A DNA stretch of 64,000 nt from Amoeboaphelidium protococcarum X5 (Eukaryota; Fungi; Aphelidiomycota), in NCBI GenBank assembly GCA_023515725.1, contig JALDTO010000150.1:1797-65796 (forward strand), given 5' to 3'. A program made the translations under genes and the position numbers. The notes under the pieces were generated by a model. That model was not told where the DNA came from and made no database searches. It was given only the letters and a program-made list of their open reading frames with translations. Below, piece by piece: positions 54,149 through 64,000 of the stretch (the stretch's first letter is position 1; each line of letters begins with the position of its first letter).

Positions 54149-56206
54149 ATGTCGGCGTAGACTCAAAGTGAAAGAAGTGGTAACAATAACAATGTGATAT
54201 CCTTAACTGATTTCGGCGCTGTGATTCCGGGTGTAACTTTCACGGTGGTTGTGGTGCTCGTTATTGTAATTCTGTTGATTTCCATTGCTACAAGTATTCT
54301 GCTGGGCATATACTGCGGCAAGTTGAAGCAGAGACGTCAGAATGGCAATTCAAACATTAACAACAAGCAAAGGAAATAGGGCGATGTACCACTCGGTGTT
54401 ATTAATGATACGAGTATGCTCAACTCCAACTCAGGTGATACCTCACTAAGTCTATACAGGAATCGCGGTGAAACAACGGCTCTTCGCATGCAGAATACGA
54501 CCATGTACACTGAAGGTAAAACACTGGCTCTCCCGGGATTCCTGATGTTAATATCCGAACTTGACTTCAGTCTGGGTAAAGCTTTCGCTGAAGGTGGTGC
54601 TGGCACAGTTTACTTGGGTGAGTTGAAAAATGAGTCGGCCATCAAGAGAATGGGTGGAGAGACTAGCTGTGTCGTTAAAGTCATGAAACCGATCGAGGAC
54701 GCTTCAGTTGATGATGCTATGGCCCTGTTTAATCATGAGATATCCATCGTATGGCTTCTTAACGAGTGCCCAAATGTTATTCGCCTGATTGGTTACTGTC
54801 CTCAACCGTCCATGATCCTGCTAAAGTACTATCCTCTAGGCAGTCTTGAGGATTTGATTCACAAAAATGGAACTGGCGGTGAGTCTAATAAATAGCCTTT
54901 GGTACCTGATAATCAATGGACACCAAAGTTCATCTTGAGAATGATGAGAGATGTCGCCAACGGACTGGCTGATATGCATGACAATGGTCTTGTGCATAAC
55001 GATGTCAAACCAGGTAATGTATTGTTGGACAAGTAATCGGGCAATGGCGAGTTGTACTGTGTGCTGTGTGATTTTGGTGTCACATCAATTGTTGATGGCA
55101 GCCTGTTGCGCGTGAAAGCTTACCAGAAGTCTCGCATTAAAGGTGCCTCCCTAGTATACGCCGCACCTGAAGTTCTGCTTGCATTTTAGAATAATTTGGA
55201 TATCGATGAAATTGCAGAGCCAGAGAGAATTAAAGCTGGGGACTTGTATGCATTCAGTATGGTTGTGTATGAGCTAACTCAGCGCCGTATTCCATGGTGG
55301 GATGTCGATGATCTTGAAGAGATTTCTCGGTCTGTGATGACTGGCGTTCGGCCTAAACTGGGTAAATCATTGTATGAACGCGCACAAACTGATCCGTACT
55401 TAAATTTGATTGTCTCAATAATGGAGCGGTGTCAGCATTAGGATCCGTTTTAGAGGATGTCCTTCAGCTCAGTGGTAGATGAGATTGGTGAGAGGTTGGG
55501 CACGTCGAAGCGATAAAAGACCCGCACAGATATGAATGTGCGCCAAATGCTATTTGACAATGCCAAGTCAACTCAGATCAAGAAGATGGAAACGTAAGTG
55601 AAAGGCGTTCAAGCATAATCTTTTGCACCTGCCCCTAATGTTAGTAATAAAAACATGCTGATGCAGTCTCAGTAACTAATGCCATAATATCAGTAGGCTG
55701 CATTCGGCAAGAATGATTTCAATTAATCTTCTTAGCTGTCAAGCAATAATGGTAATAGGTATTCTCAAGCATAGCAATAATCATCTTCAATGGCGTCTCA
55801 ATCTAATGTAAATCTGCAGAGAGCTGTATCTCAGAGACAAGCGCCGTAGAATCAAGTCAATTTGCATCGTGCCGCATCATAGAGATAGTAACCAGCAATC
55901 TCAATGTATTAGGCTAATCCTATTGTTTAATAGTAGTAGTAGTAACAGTCATAGTAGCAGCTGATGCAGTACCCTGGAGGTGTGCCCAATACGTCGGATG
56001 TTCCAACTACCGGCCCTCCTCCAGCAATCAACAATCGCAATGTCAATGTCAATAATAGTATGGACCAACTTCAACCATCGCAGGAGTAATAGTAGATGCC
56101 AAAGCAATAGTAGCCTCCATATACTAAACCACTCTTAGTGGACGATAATGCGACTCAAGTTGGAGATATGCTCGACAAGATTTTGATAAATTTGAAAGAC
56201 TAATGA
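54149..56206 (+). CDS. Membrane-anchored non-RD protein kinase with Gln-rich C-terminal tail
   Basis: TM VTFTVVVVLVIVILLISIATSILLGIYC; FAEGGAGTVY, CVVK, HNDVKPGNVLL, DFG, YAAPE, GDLYAFS, QRMSF. Confidence 0.88.
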
Positions 56207-56303
56207 TAGAGTGTTGCATGTATTATGTTACTACTTTGCACTATAGTGCAGATCAAGCTTACATTTTAAATCACGCACTTTACTATATTTCAATTATAAT
56301 CCT

Positions 56304-57139
56304 TCATAAATAATAAAATCCAATGGCAAATCCAGCACCGAAAACTCCACTCATTGGAATACTCTAGGCGTACTCTTTCAAGACTTGATATTATTGCACA
56401 GCGTAGTCGATCATTGGAAGAGCATTGCGTACTTGATCTACTCGTTCCCAATTCACTTTAATAAAGTCATAATCTATCAGAAACTACATAAATCTTTGCA
56501 CTAAATGTAAACAGCTAATAGGATACTAATAAATAATCTTACGTTGGATATAAACCATACGGCAGAGAATGTAGCAACGTAAGCGCCCAACTGCCTTCGA
56601 ATTAAACTGCCAGCGAATGCCCCACCACATCCAATAGTAAGAGGATAGTAGAGCTACTAACGCGTCTCAGGATTTCGCAACTATTCAGACCAGTGTCTGA
56701 CGTGATAATTTATGAATCTGAGTAGTTAAGTAGCCACTCGCGCCACCACATTACCCATAAAAGTGTAATCTTGTGAGAAGTTTGAGCTATCTGAGAGCGA
56801 GTCGTAGTCACTGTCAGCGAAATCATTATTATCATCCTGATCATCTCTCACAGCTGTATTACTTCGCTATTACTAAATTAATGATAGTATATTACCAGAG
56901 CTGAGACTTTCACTAATACTTCCTATGGATGTGATTCCCAATGTTTGTCTATTCAGATCACTTGAACTATTACCATCATTAAGATCGCTCTCATCCGGCG
57001 ACAAGCAGTATAAATATCTTAAACTTGATGCCTTGTGTTAAAGATGAAAGTAATAATATCCAATTATAGTATTAACTCCAAAGAGTATCCTTATAGATTT
57101 CGGTCTATATAATAATTGACTTTGCCTTGGTAGATTCAT
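56304..57139 (-). CDS. FUN14-domain mitochondrial outer-membrane protein; one intron
   Basis: LTIGCGGAFAGSLIRR...DFIKVNWERV...GVFGAGFAIGFYYL-stop. Confidence 0.65.
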
Positions 57140-57306
57140 CTCAGTCGAATTACAACAACGCGCGCTTCAACAAAAGTAAAAGGCTTTGCCTTCACGTCAA
57201 GAGATCTCGACCTGAGAGATCCAAACTATAGAAAGAGAATGCTATGAAAGATAAAAATTAAAGCCACTAATAATTCGATTCAAAAGAGACTATCACAAAA
57301 AAGTGT

Positions 57307-59163
57307 TCACTATTTCCCGCTGGTAGCTTGTCGTCTACTAGTAGATCTTGTGGCAATCCGAGTTCTGGTGCTTCCTTATGAGGCCTTTTCTGGCTAAATT
57401 TTAGTCACGGTAGAAGATTATTACTCAACGTCCATGCTATTATTTATAAGCAATACGTTTCCACCTATAGCGCTGCGTGTATCTTTCATACTTTCTTAAG
57501 AGTCCTGATCGATAACATCATTCCAAAAAGTATCGCCACTAATAGACTGTTCCATGGCCAATTCAACCAGCTGAATAGCTTAAGAATCTGAAGCTGATTC
57601 ATTTAAGGCAGATTAGTAAAGATTGACAGCCAAATCTAACTCACCCATCACATGATAAACGTAGCCTAATAGTTCTTTCGTGTTAGAACTTGGCCAGAGA
57701 GACATAGACTTCTTTAACAATGCCAAAGCTTGATCAATCTGTCCAATTTGAACGCAGCAATATCCGAAATTTGTCAGATATGTTCCCATGAAAGAATCGC
57801 TGTAATTCTGATCAAGTACCACCTGGAGACACGACTGTAGATATCCATAAGCTTCATCAATTCGATCAGCATCTCTCAGGCAAAAAGACGCATATTGAAT
57901 GATGAGTTACAAATCATTGTCGCCGCGGCATCGTTCTAAGCACTGCTTATACAATGATGACGCTAACTGCGGATTTACCTCTTCATACTCACCAGCCATC
58001 AGTAGGAGAGGTACATGACTATCAGTACATTTCATAGCCTGACTGTACGCTATAATTGCAGCATCTGATTCTTTGTTCATTGAGAATGCATGACCAAGAC
58101 CAAGCCAGCCATCCACAAATTATGGATCAATAGACGTACAATGCGAAAAGTACCGCTTGCTCATTGCATACTTCATAGTTGACAAGTAGTACAACCCCAC
58201 AATGTACCAAGTGAGTGCAGACTCCGGATAATGAATGGCAAAGGAGGATCCAATCTCATACAATTTCACATTATCATTCAATTAGAATAGGCAATCGCCA
58301 TATAAATGGATTATACGCGGATCATACCTGTCACCATCATATAAGTCTTCCAGTATCGCAACAGCTTCCGGGTATCTACGCAGATGCATAAAATCCATTG
58401 CCTTTTTACATTTGTAATCAAGCTGATTGTGAACAATGTTAGTAATCTGGGTATCACCAGGATAATCTAGATCAAGTTTCTGAGAATACAAGCATTTTAC
58501 AGCGTCTGCGACCCACTTTTAGTCGAACTATACACTAAAATGTAGTGACTTTAAGAGTTTAGATGCCTCTTTAGAAGGAAGCGATCCAGAGGAAGATAAT
58601 TGCTACAACGCTTCCAAATTCGTTGGATCAATCTACAGACATTAGGTGTAATCAAGACGAGACTACTCCCAATTGCCAAGGCAACTATGGACTTGCGCTC
58701 TTATTTAATAACATTTGGCCAACATGGGAGTTGAGGACTATTTTTAATTACCAGCACTATTATTATTGTTATCAATGCAAATGTTGAGTATTGCCAAGGC
58801 TTCGTTCAATTGATCCAATTTGAGTAAGCACTGTGCTCTAACTAAAGCGAGCCCGCCAAGATCATCACCATCATTATTACAATTGGAGTTGAATTTATTA
58901 AGCATTTACAGCACTCTTTCATACTCTCCTCTAGCGACTAGAATAGCTGACAATTTAACCAAATCTGCAAAGTTCTGAGATAGACTATAGGAATATTAAG
59001 CCCAATGGAGTGCATTGTCTAGATCCAGAATCAGTAAAGCTTCATCTCTTTTATTTTGAAACTGCTCAAGGCAAGTCAGCGTCATCTGAGTGTCATTGAG
59101 TGGAATCTTTTACGATGACTACTGCCTTCTTCTAGTACCAGCTTCAGGAATATTAAACAACAT
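57307..59163 (-). CDS. CDC16: Anaphase-promoting complex TPR subunit Cdc16/APC6
   Basis: YPESALTWYIVGLYYL...RYFSHCTSIDPQFVDGWLGLGHAFSMNKESDAAIIAYSQA...SHVPLL; further TPRs. Confidence 0.82.
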
Positions 59164-59492
59164 ATTCAGAAATAATAGCAGTGGGTAAAAGCGGTATATA
59201 GATATATATACCTAGTCGTCGTACGAACCAATAATATGCAATGAGTAGAGAAAAGCAGAGAAGCTAATGAAGAGAGAAACGTTGAGAAATGCGGAGCTGA
59301 AACAGCGCGACAAGAAACAGTTTTTCGGGAGAGATGAGAAAAGGAGCAGCAAGACAATTCAAGCCGCTGTGAAATGTTGAAATTTTTAGCAAGCAGCACA
59401 CAATACAGGTCGAGATGCCTGAAATATTAATTGGCGCATTCATTTAATATCTCTGGTGCGAGCATATCCCGCACAACACACACACTATGAAG

Positions 59493-59967
59493 TCAGTCAA
59501 TAATCTCATTGCAATGCTCTTGTATTGACTTTAGTGACACGTAAATCTCCTGACAAAGGCTTTCAATCTATTTACAATGTTCTACTCTCAAGTCTAGTTA
59601 TTTCAAGAGGAGTCTACAGATATAGTTCTCAGAGAATATTCTTTCAAACTGGTAAATGGTGGCGCACTTACTTTAATTTTTATTGCTTATTTTATTCAGC
59701 ATTTTATTCCATCAATTTATACCACTCTTGAAATTTCTATATAGTTCCCAAATCTTTCAGTGCTGCTTTTGTATTTGTAATACCGAGTTTCTCGCTGTCT
59801 CCATCTGGCTAATTGGTAACTTTATCTTTTAGATCACTTTTAACATCCTATTCATTATTGTTCTTCTTCATGAGATCATTAAGCTTACTAAACACTTTGC
59901 GATCTTTATCGCTAAAGTCGATATTACCTTCCCACTCTTGCAGCAATTAACCAATGTCTGTGATCAT
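59493..59967 (-). CDS. Short protein resembling only the N-terminus of COG3/Sec34; one intron
   Basis: LLQEWEGNIDFSDKDRK...LGTIQKFQEWYKLMEQ...LDLRVEHCKQIESL; TGA after ~140 aa. Confidence 0.45.
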
Positions 59968-60140
59968 TTATAAGTGATCTCCGTTATGCAACGCTATTAT
60001 ATCTTTTCAATTGACGCGAGACGGAAAGAAATACTGCCGCAGTATGTCTCATCAAAGCTATGGAAATGAAGATTATGTGATGGTATGGTACTTTATTTAC
60101 TTCAATGTTACAAAATGTTAACTAAATGTGCACGTTATGG

Positions 60141-61308
60141 TCATGCCAGAGTATTTTTCTTTTTCTTATCAGCCAACTCAGCCAGAACCTTGGTGGCATT
60201 GGTGTGCAGAGTGTGATTTTGCATGCTCTAAAGTCTGTGACAGGTGGTGTTCATCCTTTATGCAGCCTAATCTCTCATGGATTCGAACCTCTTGACGATT
60301 GCAGTCTTGTTGGCACGGGTATAACAAAATGGCACTTGTACCAGTGTGCTAGCCAAAGACATACCTGATGTTCCAGCTCCAAAAGTACCCAGGCCAATAC
60401 CTATACCCGCGACTGCTGCAGCAACACCGGCAGTTCCAATTACGGTGAGGATAGACACACCGAGTGTTGCCAGTCCAGCCACCACTCCAAAACCTTCCAT
60501 GGATAATGTCAGAACTTCTTTTGTGCAATCGCGACCATTCTCAGTGCACAGCATTCCACATCTATACGGCTTTTGTGGTGGGCAATTCTCAGAACACACT
60601 ACAAACGTTCAAGTGAATTATGAACATCATATTTAAATAAGCCATGCATGAAAATTGGAACTTACAGTATCCGTGACGAGTGTAACCTTCAGGACATTTG
60701 TCATAACACAGCAGACCTTCGCGTTCTTGGGTGGTTTGATTGCAGGCTACACTATACCGAAAATGATCGCTTAAACTCGATGAGATATAGCATAACATTA
60801 CCTAATGGTTTTCCAAATCCTCTAAACTTTCCCTTCATAAAGCCAGTAGAGCAGAATGGACCGCGGCCAGTATGGTTAGTTGGACATGGCTTGTAGCAGA
60901 GGGCACTACACTTATCAAGAAATTGAAAGGATTTAAGTTGTGTCCAATATCATCACGCTTACCCTGAACGTTCACGCCCATTGACACATGTATTGGCAAA
61001 GTGTGGTTTCCCAATAGCAAAGTTTTGCAGCCAACACGCACTACACAGTTGAAACAACGATATATCATATAGTTCAGAATAGATAAAGAATAACAAGAAA
61101 CTTACGGCGAATCTTCGTAGTCACCAGATACAGCATCAATAGGAGTCGGCCTGGTAACATTTAGATTGCGCTCAAGCATTGTTGCATTCAGAGCAGTAGA
61201 ATTATAGTGTTTCAATCTTGAGGCACCATACTATCGCTGATACACCTAAGGGTCAGCTAGAGAGGTTAGTGCGACCAGGAATGTCAATATAGCAGCGCGA
61301 ACAAACAT
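60141..61308 (-). CDS. Secreted Cys-rich repeat protein with Gly/Ala-rich hydrophobic hairpin; four introns
   Basis: Signal peptide; repeats ERSGALCYKPCP and EREGLLCYDKCP; CPPQKPYRCGMLC; all four introns keep the frame. Confidence 0.75.
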
Positions 61309-61674
61309 GATACTTTAACTTTTGATTTAGACAAGATCGGTGATATGAGATAAATATTAAAAGGAAACAAGATGAATACATGAATTTGAGCTTTTATGCA
61401 CTTGCAGGTTTCCTATTTCGAAATTGAAGGAGGCTGATCACGCATAGATTTACTTGAAACATCAAAATTTCCTGATTTAGAACGTGTCTCTTTTGAAACG
61501 GGCCGATTGAATCAATATGGTTTCAACAAATATCTGATCTTTCCCATTCCAGATGCTTAGTCAAATATTTACATCATCATAAATTGAATACCATTCATAG
61601 AAATTAATTCATCATATCAGGTATTATTCATTATTTCACATTAAACTTTAAGCAACACCACAAAGGCTAGAGAT

Positions 61675-62156
61675 TCAAGCAATCTTACACGCAGCATCGG
61701 AGTCAACCTTTATGCCTTGGTCAGCCAATTTTGCCAGGGTAGCCTTACACTGCTCATATGCTTACTTTTGGTTTGATGTAACTACATCAGACGCGGCAAC
61801 TTAGTTCAACTAGTCTTGGGGAATCTGAGCAGGAAGATTCAAATCTTACACACTCGGTACTGTGGGAATACACTTGATGCAAGCGGACTTGTCAGAGCAT
61901 TTGCATTTGCTCGTGATCTTCCCATTGTGGTTAGAGTAATTCAGCTAGATGCAAGCTTTTGGATTCTTGCAAGTAAAGCTAATACCATTTTATGACATAG
62001 ATACATATTGAATACCACAATCTACAATGCGCAATGTTAGTTAGTCTATTTCTTGTGTGAGATTCTCAAGTACGACATACCTGGTAAAGTGGTTGGACGA
62101 GCGGAAATGTTGGCCGCGGTGGCCAGTATCAAAATCAAATAGTAGACAATATTCAT
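61675..62156 (-). CDS. Small secreted Cys-rich protein; intron 62022-62080
   Basis: Signal MNIVYYLILILATAANISA; 9 Cys in ~140 aa; GTATGT...CTAAC...TGTAG intron. Confidence 0.7.
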
Positions 62157-62760
62157 TTCTATACAGTATAGATGTAACGGTTGATAACAGTATTAATGAC
62201 GGTGAAAAGAATTTATCGTTCGACTGTTGACTTGATACCATCCATCATATTACAGTACAGCAGCGTGATTCATTGACAAACATTACACATATCAACGCGT
62301 GTGTCGATTTCTCTTATTGCTTTGTAAAGTAGTTAAGGCTGTATTTTAAATGAGCATGTACGGTGAGCTTTTTTTAGAAAACAGTGTCCAGATGGTAGGT
62401 CTTTCATCCAAATGATAAGTATACGAGATCAAGTATTGAAGCAGTGATCAAAAGTTTTCAATCTTCCAACAGGTTTCTTTTAGTTCAACCAGAGCACTGG
62501 ATATCTCATTTCGCGGTTAATTTTTGAATGTCGTCTTTAATTAAGTTGTAAATTTTTCATCTGTCCATGTTATCAGATTTTTTATGACTGTAGACAAACA
62601 TTTAGTATTTGGATGTTGGATGCGACGCGCTATGAGATTGCTCTCACTGTATGGCGATTGTAAGTTCCCTTGACAACCAAGCAGTACCTGGTGATTTGAC
62701 ATTTATCATTTTCATTGTAATTAAACACGCAGAACTCCAAAGTCGGCTACCTATTTAGTG

Positions 62761-64000
62761 ATGATTATCCACAAGATTCTTATATCAGTTGCGATCTGCC
62801 TTCCAGCTTTGATATCCGGTTAGTCTCAAGCATTTATAGTTAGAAATTCAACAGATAGTTCGCTAAGAGTTGGACATGCTTCTGGATTGCAATACAAATC
62901 TGTCGGCGTCTCTCTTTATCCTTACTGGGTTGGAACGTTGAATGACTACGCATATAGGCTGATGCTCACTGCAGTTGCTAATGGTATCACTTCATTCCGC
63001 GCAGTGCTGATATTTGAGTAGAATAATCGAGTGGCTGACCCTGATGCTCTGTGGTCAGATTACATTTGGCGTCCGCTTGATTCTCTGATATATCAGGCTT
63101 CATTGTTGGATACTAGAGTTACAGTTGAGCTGTCTGGACTTGCCAACTGGATGGAGAATGTCTAGTTGGACGCATTCAGTGCAACTAATTATTATTTGTG
63201 GGATCAGTTGGTTGATTTTGTTTGTAGTAGAACTAATGTGTACAGCGGTATAAAGTACACGGAGGATCCCACAATCATAATGTTCACTGTCCTGGGAGAA
63301 GTTTAGCCATCGCCTAGATCAAAGCAGGCACCTATATTCGCATTAATCAAGAGAGTGGCTGCAAGACTGCGCTCACTGGATAAAAAGCATCTAATTGGTT
63401 CTGGTGGACTGTTACACATGTCGCCATTTTCTGGCTATAATGATCCTGTTACCTACTGGAAGACAATTTACAGTGATCCGAATGTTGATGTCTGTATGAT
63501 ACATATCTATCAGGATCCTAACAAAATTTTATTGTCCAACGGTGCATTTGCCAAGTCAGAGTGGGACAACTTGGCAACTTACGCGTCCTTTTGTCGTGAT
63601 TTAGGCAAACCGTTTGTTGTTGACGAATTCGGCCTTAATTTTGATGCTTATAGTAGATCCAGAGGAACGGAATACATCAAGTATGCCTTCGATAAAGCCT
63701 TCAATACCTCGCCGCCTATTTCAATGATACAACTGTGGAATTGGAGAGCCGGTAAAACTTTCGACGTGTATCCGAGAGAGGATTTGCTTATACTGGAAAT
63801 AGTGAGGGATAATGCCGCCACTCGATGGGGATTCGGCGATGGTGTAAAAGTGTCGCCTTCTAGTTCTTCTATTCAATCTAGTAAACTATCACAAGTCATG
63901 GTAAACAATCCAGTGGTATTTGACTCTGAAAGCTTTTTAGCTGAAGGTCCTGCTCTAGTCACAGATTTTTAATCTTTGCCTCAGACTCCCAATTAGAAGG
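62761..64000 (+). CDS. Secreted glycoside hydrolase family 5 (mannanase-like); runs off the window end
   Basis: Signal peptide; RTNVYSGIKYTEDPTI, acid/base region LGEV, CMIHIY, nucleophile KPFVVDEFG, QLWNW. Confidence 0.8.

Overview
Gene-dense eukaryotic nuclear DNA that uses a non-standard genetic code: TAA and TAG encode Gln and only TGA terminates (translation table 6). This is why the supplied standard-code ORF track is fragmented. Read with TAR=Gln, about 33 protein-coding loci and 4 tRNA genes become apparent. The gene set mixes fungus-like metabolism (threonine deaminase, UTR1-type NAD kinase, OPI3/PEMT, cytochrome b5-acyl-CoA dehydrogenase) with genes typical of amoeboid or animal-like cells (CARMIL, JTB-like, NBAS). 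Together with the code, this points by inference to an aphelid such as Amoeboaphelidium protococcarum. The most notable observations are five. (1) All 20 introns I could model end in TGTAG. (2) The 652-nt RPS4 intron contains internal splice signals suggesting an unproductive, autoregulatory isoform. (3) An inverted-repeat-bounded element at the window start encloses a PD-(D/E)XK-like ORF. (4) Three related transmembrane non-RD kinases form a family. (5) There are several surface or secreted candidates (jacalin-like/extensin-like GPI protein, I9 inhibitor cluster, Cys-rich proteins, GH5) and a CARMIL with a C-terminal CH domain. All gene models were derived by eye; start codons and family calls need database confirmation.
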